This document shows positions 1 through 11,467 of a DNA stretch of 64,000 nucleotides, piece after piece; position 1 is the first letter of the stretch; each line of letters starts with the position of its first letter. Origin of the DNA: Minisyncoccota bacterium. GTDB taxonomy: Bacteria; Patescibacteriota; Minisyncoccia; Phycocordibacterales; UBA6065. Location of the stretch: assembly GCA_035714745.1 (NCBI GenBank), contig DASTLR010000007.1, positions 70,205-134,204 on the forward strand, given 5' to 3'. Below the pieces are notes generated by a model. It saw nothing but the letters and a program-made list of their open reading frames with translations. It made no database searches and had not been told where the DNA came from. Both the position numbers and the translations under genes were made by a program.

Positions 1-137
1 GCCATGCGTCGGAAGAGAGGTGAGATCCCTCCGCTGTGCCGCAACGGTAGTCCTGCCCGGGCCAGAGTCCCGCGCAGGCGAGCCCGGTCTCTCGTATGGC
101 GATATCCCGAGCAGGAATCGATAGCCGTCATGACTAC
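1..137 (+). ncRNA. Probable cobalamin (B12) riboswitch aptamer, 5' part cut off by the window edge
   Basis: GGAAG..GGTGAGATCC..GCTG..CCGCAACGGTAG at 11-51 matches the conserved core GGGAA-GGTGAAAATCC-GCTG-CCCGCAACTGTAA. A B12-box-like GCCAGAGTCCCGC lies at 61-73. It sits directly upstream of DUF4430 and ECF-S-like genes, the usual corrinoid-uptake context. Identified by consensus recall only; no covariance model was run. Confidence 0.5.
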
Positions 138-162
138 CCTTCCCGCCGCGGAAGCGTTTTTA
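138..162 (+). terminator. Candidate riboswitch expression-platform terminator (CTTCC-cgccgc-GGAAG followed by a T5 run)
   Basis: Short GC-rich hairpin followed by TTTTTATTAT, 20 nt before the downstream ATG at 183. The 5' arm could alternatively pair with the GGAAG at 12-16. Confidence 0.35.
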
Positions 163-182
163 TTATCGGCTAACCAATATCC

Positions 183-1358
183 ATGAAACGATCGCTTCTC
201 GGTCTCCTAATTATCAGCTCCGCTCTCAGTTCTGCCGCGCCGATTAACGCGCGGGCGCAGGAAGCCGCTACGTCTGACCCGGTCGTGGAAGCTCCGGCAC
301 AAGAATCAGCCCCTGCTCCGGCCACTATCCGCGCAAATCTCAGCGTCCGCTACCAGGGCTCGCTGGCCTGGACCGGGCAAGTGGCGCTTGTTCAAGGCTC
401 GACCGCCGCGATATCCGACAGTTCGGGCCTTTCGCATTCGATCGCCTCGGACAGCGCCCTCCAGGCTCTGGCGGCCGCGGATTCTTTCTCTCCCGACTTC
501 TCGCTCTCGGACCTGACCTATTACTCTGACTACGGATCTTTCTTCATCAACTGCATCGACATCGCCGCCCTGCCAAAGCACGCCTGCGGCAACTGGCAGT
601 ACGTCGTCAATTCCGACTATCCTCAGATTGGGGTCGACAAGTACGCCATCCATGAGGGCGACACGCTCTATTTCTATTACGGCAACCCTCGACGCGTGAC
701 CGTCCAGTCCGGCGGCTCAGCCGAAGCGCCGGCGACCGTGCATGCCCTGGCCGAGAAGTACGACTATACGACCGATACCTGGACGCCTCTGCCTGGCGCC
801 TCTGTCGGGGCCACGCAGCCAAATCCGAACGATCCCTATTCCCCTATCGTCGCCTATTCGGCCGTCAGCGGCCCTGACGGCGTCGCCGCCATCGCCATCG
901 CTCAGCCGGGAGACTACGGCATCGGGCTGGCGACAGACTATTATTACCCCGCCGAGCCCATAACTATCCGCGCGGCCCAGGCAGCGGCGGCGGCTCAAAG
1001 AACCTCGTCAAGCTCCAACGGAGGGTCATGGAGCGCCGGCGGTTCGGCGCCAGCAGCCGCAACCTCGACACCTACGGCCGCCTCCATTCCCCCTCAAGCG
1101 ATTTCGACTCCATCAATCGCCGCAGATATTCCGGCAATCATATCTGAAGAGCCGATGATCACCCTCGATATCTCTTGGGAGGCCTTTGCCGCGCGCTATA
1201 CCCTGCTCGCGAGCGCGAATACAACGAGACCAGCGCCAGCCGCGGTAAAGCCAGTCACCCAGACCGCCAGCGTCTTCCAAGCCATGAAGGCCGCATCGAC
1301 GACCGCTCCCGCCGGAACCGGCTGGCTGGACAGGATTATCCGCTTCTTCACACGCTAG
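183..1358 (+). CDS. Secreted protein with a DUF4430-like domain and an Ala/Ser/Thr/Pro-rich C-terminal region (possible corrinoid-binding surface protein)
   Basis: Signal peptide MKRSLLGLLIISSALSSAAPINARAQ. The motif YGSFFINCIDIA..NWQYVVN..IGVDKYAIHEGDTLYFYY fits the DUF4430 pattern (..IdG...W.y.vNg...G...y.l.dGD.i.F.Y). Confidence 0.5.
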   Translation: MKRSLLGLLIISSALSSAAPINARAQEAATSDPVVEAPAQESAPAPATIRANLSVRYQGSLAWTGQVALVQGSTAAISDSSGLSHSIASDSALQALAAADSFSPDFSLSDLTYYSDYGSFFINCIDIAALPKHACGNWQYVVNSDYPQIGVDKYAIHEGDTLYFYYGNPRRVTVQSGGSAEAPATVHALAEKYDYTTDTWTPLPGASVGATQPNPNDPYSPIVAYSAVSGPDGVAAIAIAQPGDYGIGLATDYYYPAEPITIRAAQAAAAAQRTSSSSNGGSWSAGGSAPAAATSTPTAASIPPQAISTPSIAADIPAIISEEPMITLDISWEAFAARYTLLASANTTRPAPAAVKPVTQTASVFQAMKAASTTAPAGTGWLDRIIRFFTR

Positions 1359-1919
1359 ATGAACAAACAACTGACCCTAAAAACCCGCATCCTCGTCGCC
1401 GTCGCCCTGGTGGCCATCGGCGTGGCCGGACGACTGCTGCCCCACGCCTGGAATTTCGCTCCCATCGTAGCCATCGGCATCTTTTCGGGAGCGTATCTGG
1501 GCAAACGCTTCGCCTTTCTGGTGCCGGTGATCGCCATGGCCGCCTCTGACGCCGTCATCGGCTTCTACGGCTGGAAGCTGAACCTGACCGTCTACGCCGC
1601 CATGGCCCTCTCCGGCGCCATCGGGCTCCTCTTGCGCCGTCGCAGGTCGCCGATTTCCGTCGCCGCCGCAGCCCTGGCAGGGTCGACGCTCTTCTTCTTG
1701 GTCACCAACGGCGCCGTCTGGTATCTGGGCTCTTCATACGCACCCGGCCTGGACGGCCTCCTCGCCGCATACGTCGCCGGCCTGCCCTTCTACCGCAACG
1801 CCGTGGTCGGCGACATCTGGTACAGCTGGGCGCTCTTTGGAGCCTTCGAATTCGCTTTGTGGGGATACAGGAGTATCATAGGAAGCAAGACACATGCTCA
1901 GCACTCTCTTCGCGGCTAA
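1359..1919 (+). CDS. Polytopic membrane protein, ECF-transporter S-component-like (possibly the CbrT-like corrinoid S component)
   Basis: 186 aa with 5-6 TM helices, the usual S-component size. Start overlaps the stop of the DUF4430 gene (1356-1361). The DUF4430/CbrT pairing is known from Firmicutes. Confidence 0.35.
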   Translation: MNKQLTLKTRILVAVALVAIGVAGRLLPHAWNFAPIVAIGIFSGAYLGKRFAFLVPVIAMAASDAVIGFYGWKLNLTVYAAMALSGAIGLLLRRRRSPISVAAAALAGSTLFFLVTNGAVWYLGSSYAPGLDGLLAAYVAGLPFYRNAVVGDIWYSWALFGAFEFALWGYRSIIGSKTHAQHSLRG

Positions 1920-2595
1920 GGCAGGCGGCTGGTTCCTGCCCGTCATCATGGGAGCGGCCGTGGCCGACAGTATCAACCCCTGCGCCTTCTCCATCCTCTT
2001 CCTTTCTATCGCTTTTCTCTTGAGCCTGGGCAAGGGGCGCAGGCACATCCTGGCTGCCGGCGGCCTCTATATCGCCGGCATCGGCCTGGTCTATATGCTC
2101 ATCGGCGTGGGCATCCTGCGCGTCCTCTCGGCCTTTGCCATGCCGAACGTCCTGGGCAAGGTCGGCGCCGCCATCCTGGTCGCCTACAGCCTGATCGGCC
2201 TCTTGAACGAATTCTTTCCCGCATTCCCCATCAAGCTCAAGATCCCCGCCCAGAGCCACCAGACCCTGGCCCGCTTCATCCATAAGGCCAGCCTGCCCGC
2301 GGCCTTCGCCCTGGGCGTGCTGGTCGGGCTCTTTGAATTCCCTTGCACGGGCGGCCCTTACCTCTTCGTCCTTTCCCTCCTCCATGACCAGGCGACGTTC
2401 TGGCAGGGCTTCGGCTACCTGCTCGCCTATAACGCGGTCTTCGTCCTGCCGCTCGTCGTCATCCTCCTGGCCGCCACCACCCGCACGGCCCTAGAAAAGG
2501 CCGATCGCCTGCGCAAGATCGAGAGCAAGAAGGGCCGCATCATCCTGAACGCGGCGCTCCTGGCCATCGGCCTAGCATTAGTAATCGCCCTCTAA
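1894..2595 (+). CDS. ccdA: CcdA/DsbD-family thiol-disulfide transporter (cytochrome c biogenesis protein CcdA-like)
   Basis: Six TM helices. Conserved Cys in TM1 (SINPCAFSIL) and TM4 (FPCTGGPYLF). The true start may be downstream of the overlap with the previous gene. Confidence 0.7.
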   Translation: MLSTLFAAKAGGWFLPVIMGAAVADSINPCAFSILFLSIAFLLSLGKGRRHILAAGGLYIAGIGLVYMLIGVGILRVLSAFAMPNVLGKVGAAILVAYSLIGLLNEFFPAFPIKLKIPAQSHQTLARFIHKASLPAAFALGVLVGLFEFPCTGGPYLFVLSLLHDQATFWQGFGYLLAYNAVFVLPLVVILLAATTRTALEKADRLRKIESKKGRIILNAALLAIGLALVIAL

Positions 2596-2607
2596 GGGGC
2601 ATAGAAT

Positions 2608-3108
2608 ATGACCATGAAGACCATACAGAGCTACGAAGAACTGAGAAAAAAGGTGGAGGCGGCAAAGAAATCCGCCGTCGACCTCTCTATGGAGGAGGAT
2701 CTGGCTATCGCCGTCATGAACCTAGTATCGCTGGAGGAACATTTCTTCTTTACCGGGGCAAAGACAGGCAAGAACGGGTACTATGACCTCTTGAACGAGG
2801 TCCGCGAGATGAGGAAGGCCCTTTTGGCCCGCATGATCGAAAAGACCGAGGGCGAGAGCTGGTGTATCTCGAAGCATCTCCTGGCCACGACCATGCGCCT
2901 CATGGAGGTGGGATCGAAGCTGCAATCCGGGGGCAAGAAAATCGAGGCCGAGGAGACCTTCAAGCTGGCCTACAAGTCGTTCAATCTCTTCTTCGCCCTG
3001 CGCCTGCAGATAATCAGCGCGCCCGAGGTCGTCAACCTCATGCGCGAGGAGAAGCCGATGTCCTATGACGACATCATGAAGGGCCTCGTCGATTGCTGCA
3101 AAGAATAA
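2608..3108 (+). CDS. Hypothetical cytoplasmic protein (166 aa) embedded between ccdA and the thioredoxin gene
   Basis: ORF with a good RBS context (GGGGCATAGAATATG). No recognisable motif. GC somewhat below the local average. Confidence 0.5.
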   Translation: MTMKTIQSYEELRKKVEAAKKSAVDLSMEEDLAIAVMNLVSLEEHFFFTGAKTGKNGYYDLLNEVREMRKALLARMIEKTEGESWCISKHLLATTMRLMEVGSKLQSGGKKIEAEETFKLAYKSFNLFFALRLQIISAPEVVNLMREEKPMSYDDIMKGLVDCCKE

Positions 3109-3118
3109 CCGCTACCGT

Positions 3119-3496
3119 ATGAATAAGAACACTATATGGCCGATCGTCATCCTCGCGCTCGCTATCGTCGCCGTGGCCGCGGCGGCGCTCTATCTATCCC
3201 AGCCAAAGACCGCATATAGCCAGGAGACGCTCAGATCTTTCGCTCTCTGCCTGGCGGACAAGAAGCTGACCATGTACGGCGCCGAATGGTGCCCTCATTG
3301 CAAGGCTCAAAAAGCTCTCTTTGGCGCAGCCTTCGCCCAGGTGCCCTACGTCGAATGCCCGCAGAACGAGCAGCTCTGCATCGATAAGGGCATCCGCGGC
3401 TACCCCACCTGGATCGACGCCTCCGGCGCCAAATATGAAAGCGAACAGCCGCTCGAAAAATTGGCGCAAGTCGCCGGGTGCCCGCTAGGCGAATAA
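3119..3496 (+). CDS. Membrane-anchored thioredoxin-fold protein (CPHC active site), similar to the extracytoplasmic Trx domain of bacterial VKOR/ResA-like proteins
   Basis: N-terminal TM anchor followed by YGAEWCPHCKAQKALF, a thioredoxin CxxC motif. Adjacent to ccdA. Confidence 0.65.
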   Translation: MNKNTIWPIVILALAIVAVAAAALYLSQPKTAYSQETLRSFALCLADKKLTMYGAEWCPHCKAQKALFGAAFAQVPYVECPQNEQLCIDKGIRGYPTWIDASGAKYESEQPLEKLAQVAGCPLGE

Positions 3497-3499
3497 AAC

Positions 3500-4030
3500 C
3501 TATCTCATCAGCCCCTCCAAGACCCCTTCCGGAGTGACTTTCAGGAGAAGGACCGCCCCCACGCTGGGCCGAGCGGTCATCGGCTCGCCCTTCTTGCGCT
3601 CCGCGTAGGCGATTTGGAGCTCGCGCGAACCAGCAGGTATGAGCGTGGACTGTGGAGCTATCCTATCGCCGATGTAAAAGGCGTTCGTAGCCCTGTCGCC
3701 ACCCGGCAGTTTTAATAATACGACTGCGTAATAGAACAGCCCGCTGCCGCCGGTCTCTCGAGTGACCAGGAACGCTGTATCGGGAGAGCCGTCGCCGTTC
3801 AAATCCCCCACCGCTTCATTTCCAAAGTACCGAGTGACTTTCTGCGCGGCCGATCCCGGCGCTGCCGGAGCATTCGAAACGCCATCGACGAGCGTGACCG
3901 TCTCGGAATCGATCGTAAAAGTCGAATTCCTGGTATCGGCAGATTGTGGCGGCATCTCTTTCCTTGAAGCTGTCATTACGGCGTACGCGAGGACTGCGAT
4001 AGCGGCCGCGATCCAAAGTATTTTTTTCAT
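3500..4030 (-). CDS. Secreted/periplasmic hypothetical protein with an FG-GAP-like Asp-rich loop (GDLNGDGSPD)
   Basis: Start taken at MKKILWIAAAIAVLA (signal peptide) rather than the tool's upstream M. A TATAGT -10 box sits 6 nt upstream, so the transcript is probably leaderless. Confidence 0.55.
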   Translation of the reverse strand: MKKILWIAAAIAVLAYAVMTASRKEMPPQSADTRNSTFTIDSETVTLVDGVSNAPAAPGSAAQKVTRYFGNEAVGDLNGDGSPDTAFLVTRETGGSGLFYYAVVLLKLPGGDRATNAFYIGDRIAPQSTLIPAGSRELQIAYAERKKGEPMTARPSVGAVLLLKVTPEGVLEGLMR

Positions 4031-4036
4031 GCTCTG

Positions 4037-4042
4037 ACTATA
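4037..4042 (-). promoter_or_regulatory. -10 box TATAGT immediately upstream of the 3500..4030 gene start (leaderless transcript)
   Basis: The reverse complement of 4037-4042 is TATAGT, ending 6 nt before the ATG at 4030. Confidence 0.35.
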
Positions 4043-4168
4043 CCACGAGCGCTTTTCGTTGCGTAACCTGAACAATCGCCAGAATTCATCGTTTCTTTAT
4101 GATTCCTTTATCTCCTTTTTGCTACGTTTTATCCTGCCGGCGAAGCAACCGGCCCAGGGCAGAGCGAA

Positions 4169-4200
4169 GCAAAAAGCACCCGAAATTGGATGCTTTTTGC
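4169..4200. terminator. Perfect palindromic hairpin GCAAAAAGCA-N12-TGCTTTTTGC; bidirectional terminator downstream of tRNA-Met
   Basis: 10-bp inverted repeat with an embedded T-run on either strand. Confidence 0.5.
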
Positions 4201-4210
4201 TTAAAAATTG

Positions 4211-4284
<74 letters not shown>

Positions 4285-4411
4285 ATATTGGCCGTCCTTT
4301 ATCCTCGCTTCCATACTACGACCGAAAAGCGAGGTACCGACAATTATACCACCGCCCATCCGGCTAATCAAGGCATCTCCCTTTGGAACGGCGCGAGGCC
4401 TGGCGATGCCG

Positions 4412-4993
4412 CTATATGTAGTAGAACTCCTCGAAGACCTTCTTGTAGAGCTCGACGATGCGCTTGGCCTCCCTCTCGTTCAGCTGGAAGTCGCTGCCCT
4501 GATGCGCGACCTGGTTCCTGGTCCTGTGAGCCTCCCAGGCCAGGTCCAGGGTGACGAAATCGCTCTTCTCGATACCTTTTAGTTTGTCGCCGATCGAATC
4601 GCCCTGGTAACCCATCTTCTCCAGGATGTCGCCGAGCATGATGTCGGCCTCCAGTATGGCCAGCCTCCAGTCGGAAGGGTTGCTTGAATTGATGTGCTCC
4701 TGGACCTGCTGCCATTTCTTGTTCAGCACGGCGTCGTGGTGCGGCTCGGCCAGGGCTTCCTTGAGCCTGACGGAATGGAATTTCGCTTCGGCGGCCTCTT
4801 CTACCCGGCGGAGCTTGATATAGGCGTAGCCGATGACGTAGAACAGAGCAAGCGAGGCGACGATGGCGATCGGCTTGATCAGGTTGATGTAGTAGATCAG
4901 CCAGTTCAAGATGGCCACGACGTCGAAGTTCTTGAACAGGTCGACGATGCGCAGGAAAAGGTACTCGAGGTTGAGAAAGTTGACGGAATCCAT
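4412..4993 (-). CDS. Membrane-anchored protein with a C-terminal HEPN-like (Rx4-6H; DUF4145-like) domain
   Basis: One N-terminal TM helix (IAIVASLALFYVIGYAYI). C-terminal LDLAWEAHRTRNQVAHQGSD matches the HEPN R-x4-6-H motif. GC3 lower than neighbours. Stand-alone gene next to a tRNA. Confidence 0.45.
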   Translation of the reverse strand: MDSVNFLNLEYLFLRIVDLFKNFDVVAILNWLIYYINLIKPIAIVASLALFYVIGYAYIKLRRVEEAAEAKFHSVRLKEALAEPHHDAVLNKKWQQVQEHINSSNPSDWRLAILEADIMLGDILEKMGYQGDSIGDKLKGIEKSDFVTLDLAWEAHRTRNQVAHQGSDFQLNEREAKRIVELYKKVFEEFYYI

Positions 4994-5014
4994 GCTGCTA
5001 GATGATTCCCTCCA

Positions 5015-6448
5015 TTATACTTCGCCCAGGAACTTCTTGCCCAGGGCAAAGAGGATATCCTCGCGGCCGTTGTCTGCCAGGATCTGCAGGCCGATCGGCA
5101 GCTGCTTGCCCTCGACGGCCTTTGCTCCGGCAGGGATAGAGATGGCGGGCACCCCGACGAGGTTCGCCGTGACGGTAAAGATGTCTTCCAGATACATGGC
5201 CACCGGGTCCGACGTTTTCTCCCCTATCTTGAAGGCCGGCGCCGGAGCGGTCGGCGTGAGGATGGCGTCGACGCTGGCAAAGGCTTTGGCAAAATCGGCT
5301 TTCAGAAGCTCGCGCACGGCCAAGGCCTTGTTGTAATAGGCGTCATAGTAGCCCGACGAGAGCACGTAGGCGCCCAGCATGATGCGGCGGCGCGCCTCGG
5401 TGCCAAAGCCCTGGCCGCGGCTGTTCAGATAGTCCTCGAGCAGGTCCTTGCCCTCGACATGGAGGCCGTATTTCACGCCGTCGAAGCGAGAGAGGTTGGT
5501 CGAGACCTCGGCCGGCATAAGCACATAATAGACCGCCAAGGAGTATTCAATGTTCGGCAGCTCGATGTCGCGGATCTCGTAGCCGGCTGCTTTGAATCGG
5601 ACGAGCGCTGACTCAAAGACCTTCATCACTTCAGGGTCGATGCCGTCGCCCTGCAGGAAATGCCTTGGAACGCCCAGGACGGGCTTCTTGCCCGCTGCTT
5701 CTGGCTTCTTGCTCGCCGTATCTATCGAGGTGCTGTCGTAGTGATCCTTGCCTTTCATTGCGTCAAAGAGGATCTCGGCGTCGGCGACGGTCTTTGCGAA
5801 GGGGCCGATGATGTCGAGGGACGAGCCCATGGCCATGAGGCCGTGACGAGATATAGAGCCGTAGGTCGGCTTGAGACCGACGATGCCGCAATGGGATGCA
5901 GGCTGGCGAATAGAACCGCCGGTATCAGAGCCCAGGCTGGCCAGGGCGAGGTCGCCCGCTACAGCCGCAGCCGAGCCTCCCGACGAGCCTCCCGCCACAC
6001 GAGAGAGGTCGTGCGGATTCTTCGTCAGGCCATAGGCAGAGTTCTCGGTCGAGCTGCCCATGGCGAACTCGTCCATGTTGGCGCGGCCCAGAAAGACCGC
6101 CCCGGCGTCGCGGAGCTTCTGCACGGCAGTGGCGGTATAGGGCGCGACATAACCTGCGAGGATCTTTGAAGCGGATCCGGCGCGCTTGCCCTCCAGGAGC
6201 ATGTTGTCCTTGAGAGCGATCGGTATACCGGCGAGCAGGGAGGATTTTGCGCCCTGGGCCTTGATGAGCTTGTCCGCCGCCTCGGCCTGGGCGAGAACGT
6301 CGTCATAGACTTCCAAATAGGAGTGGATGTCGCCGTCGCGCTTATTGATCTCGTCCAGATAGGCCTGGGCGAGCTCGCGCGCGGTGAAATCGCCCCGGAC
6401 GAGGGAGTCGTGAGCCTTTTTGATGGTCAGGTTCTTGAGGTCGATCAT
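5015..6448 (-). CDS. gatA: Asp-tRNA(Asn)/Glu-tRNA(Gln) amidotransferase subunit A
   Basis: Amidase signature GGSSGGSAAAVA. 477 aa. Directly downstream of gatC. Confidence 0.9.
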   Translation of the reverse strand: MIDLKNLTIKKAHDSLVRGDFTARELAQAYLDEINKRDGDIHSYLEVYDDVLAQAEAADKLIKAQGAKSSLLAGIPIALKDNMLLEGKRAGSASKILAGYVAPYTATAVQKLRDAGAVFLGRANMDEFAMGSSTENSAYGLTKNPHDLSRVAGGSSGGSAAAVAGDLALASLGSDTGGSIRQPASHCGIVGLKPTYGSISRHGLMAMGSSLDIIGPFAKTVADAEILFDAMKGKDHYDSTSIDTASKKPEAAGKKPVLGVPRHFLQGDGIDPEVMKVFESALVRFKAAGYEIRDIELPNIEYSLAVYYVLMPAEVSTNLSRFDGVKYGLHVEGKDLLEDYLNSRGQGFGTEARRRIMLGAYVLSSGYYDAYYNKALAVRELLKADFAKAFASVDAILTPTAPAPAFKIGEKTSDPVAMYLEDIFTVTANLVGVPAISIPAGAKAVEGKQLPIGLQILADNGREDILFALGKKFLGEV

Positions 6449-6460
6449 AGTGGTGCAAGG

Positions 6461-6775
6461 CTACTGGCTGCCGCCCAGGATCTTCTTTACTTTGACGTAC
6501 GCGCCATCCTTGGTCGTTGCCTGTTTCGGCGCCAGGGCCATGAGCCTGTCGGTGTAGATGCCCGGCTGGTGAGCGCCCTCGTCCTGGCGCATGACGTTCT
6601 TGTTCGTGGACATGACCGGCGCGCCCATCTGCTCAGGAGCGATCGGCGCCGAGGTAAGCTTGTCGACGTAGGACAGGATGGCGCCCATGTCCTGCTGCAT
6701 CTTCGCCACCTCTTCGTCGGAGAGCTTGAGGCGGGAAAGGCTGGCTAGTTTGGCTATTTCTTCGCGGGAGATCAT
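6461..6775 (-). CDS. gatC: Asp-tRNA(Asn)/Glu-tRNA(Gln) amidotransferase subunit C
   Basis: MISREEIAKLASLSRLKLSDEEVAKMQQDMGAILSYVDKL is typical of GatC. The tool ORF extends upstream from a TTG; the start at MISREE is chosen by homology. Confidence 0.75.
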   Translation of the reverse strand: MISREEIAKLASLSRLKLSDEEVAKMQQDMGAILSYVDKLTSAPIAPEQMGAPVMSTNKNVMRQDEGAHQPGIYTDRLMALAPKQATTKDGAYVKVKKILGGSQ

Positions 6776-6833
6776 GTCGTGTGGAGTTGGGACCAATATA
6801 GCAAATATGGCGCTGTTTTGCGATAATTCAGGC

Positions 6834-9763
<2,930 letters not shown>

Positions 9764-9780
<17 letters not shown>

Positions 9781-10312
9781 ATTCTTTTATAGTGAACGTC
9801 CTGAGCGGCAGGAACAGATTGGTCCTCCACGACACCGTGACGGATATCACGGCTTCCTTGGCCGAGGCACGGTCGTCGATAGACACGGTACGAGTAAAGG
9901 CAGTCTGCTTCCAAGCCCCCCCGGACGCATATCCGTACTGCCCCGACGAGCTGTCTACGGATATGGCGGGACAGCCCGAGCCGGGGCATGCCGATACCGC
10001 CCCCGTCGAGGTGAAGTCTGTATAGCGCGCGTCGATCTGACAAGCTTCCCCGCCCGAGGCGCCCTGCTTGCACGCGGCGAGCGAGGCAAGCCAGGGATTT
10101 CCCTGGATGCGATTGGTGTCGCGCGCGTTGCGCACGTACTCGACCGCTTCCTGGGCCAGATAGTAGGCGGTAATCTGGTCTCGGGCGTAGATCGCCGAGC
10201 TGATGCCTTTTTGGGCGATGACGAGCGGTCCGGTCACGGCCAAAGAGAGGATGGATATGGCCACCATGGCTTCGACGAGAGTGAATCCGCTGAGTGCGCT
10301 GCGCTTTTTCAT
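9764..10312 (-). CDS. Type IV minor pilin / pseudopilin (prepilin N-terminus GFTLVE)
   Basis: MKKRSALSGFTLVEAMVAISILSLAV, a class III signal peptide with a methylation motif. Confidence 0.8.
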
Positions 10313-10316
10313 GGCT

Positions 10317-10889
10317 TTATGAATCTATGGCTCTCTGGGTGACCGTCGTCTCGATGTCGAAGTCGGACCTGGTCGAGCCCTCGCCCGCATAGCCCTGGAC
10401 GGTGATGACGACCTTTGGCTGCAGGCGATCGCCTGCCGCCGTGCCTACGGCATAGAACGACAGCGAAGTGATCTTGATCTCGCTCGCCGTGATAGCCACC
10501 GGCGGATTAGAGCTATTGGCGCCATAGACCGTCTTCATGATCCTATTCCCCGAGAGGCTGTACTCTATCCTGTCGTTGTCGTCCGTAGTGCTATACAAGC
10601 CGTCGCCGTCAACGTCGCGGTTGGCCTTGTAGTGAAAGACGCTATCGCCCTCGGCGCAATCCGCCGAGCGTACCGCGATATTCGAGGTGCAGGCATAGCG
10701 GAAGCCCACGCGCATGTCGCGCGCCATGCTCTCGAGCGCGAAATTCAGGTTAGTCATGACGGATTTCAGGGTATGGGTCTTCTTGTTCGCCTCGACGATA
10801 GAGAAGACCGCGCCCGTGGCCACGAGCATGACGATGGAGAATATCGAGACCGAGACCAGGACTTCGATGAGGGTGAATCCTTTTTTCAT
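10317..10889 (-). CDS. Type IV minor pilin / pseudopilin (GFTLIE)
   Basis: [26 protein letters not shown]. Confidence 0.8.
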   Translation of the reverse strand: MKKGFTLIEVLVSVSIFSIVMLVATGAVFSIVEANKKTHTLKSVMTNLNFALESMARDMRVGFRYACTSNIAVRSADCAEGDSVFHYKANRDVDGDGLYSTTDDNDRIEYSLSGNRIMKTVYGANSSNPPVAITASEIKITSLSFYAVGTAAGDRLQPKVVITVQGYAGEGSTRSDFDIETTVTQRAIDS

Positions 10890-10890
10890 G

Positions 10891-11457
10891 CTAGTCGCAG
10901 ATTGCCGGCGGGCCGTCGTTGCCGATCGATATCTGGCCGGTCGACTCGACGGTGACCCTGCGCGCCGTGCCCTGAGGCGACTTCACGCATACGTCGACCT
11001 TGCCGCCGATCAGGCTGCCGCTGCCGCCCTGGGTGAAATAGGCGTCGGGATTCGGCCTGAGAAAGGTGATGTCGACGGCCAATTGCCCACAGGTCCCGTT
11101 CACGCAGACCTTGTTTATCTTGTTTCCCTTCGAGATGGCGAATACCTGCAGGTCCAGGTCGCCGGCGTCGCGCGCATGGCTGACGCCTCCCGCCTTGTCC
11201 TCGAAGAGGATGTACGAAGTGGGCGAAGCGGGGTCGAAATGGATGCCATAGCCAGAATCAAAGGCAGTGGCGGCATTCTGCCTGACGGATATGCCGTAGA
11301 ATTGAGCCTGGCGGATGGAGAGACCGACCTCGTAGGCAAGGTTAGTCAAAAGCACGCTGCCGTTGAATTGGCTATGGTTGTAGACGGCCATGGTCGTGAT
11401 GACCGTAAAGATGGAGATCGAGACCAGCAGCTCTACCAGGGTGAATCCTTTATTCAT
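10891..11457 (-). CDS. Type IV minor pilin / pseudopilin (GFTLVE)
   Basis: MNKGFTLVELLVSISIFTVITTMAVY. Confidence 0.8.
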   Translation of the reverse strand: MNKGFTLVELLVSISIFTVITTMAVYNHSQFNGSVLLTNLAYEVGLSIRQAQFYGISVRQNAATAFDSGYGIHFDPASPTSYILFEDKAGGVSHARDAGDLDLQVFAISKGNKINKVCVNGTCGQLAVDITFLRPNPDAYFTQGGSGSLIGGKVDVCVKSPQGTARRVTVESTGQISIGNDGPPAICD

Positions 11458-11467
11458 GCTCCCTCTA

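Noticed and set aside
4-186. 60-aa Arg-rich ORF at the window start
   Set aside because: It coincides with the riboswitch-like structured RNA. Arg-rich low-complexity product.
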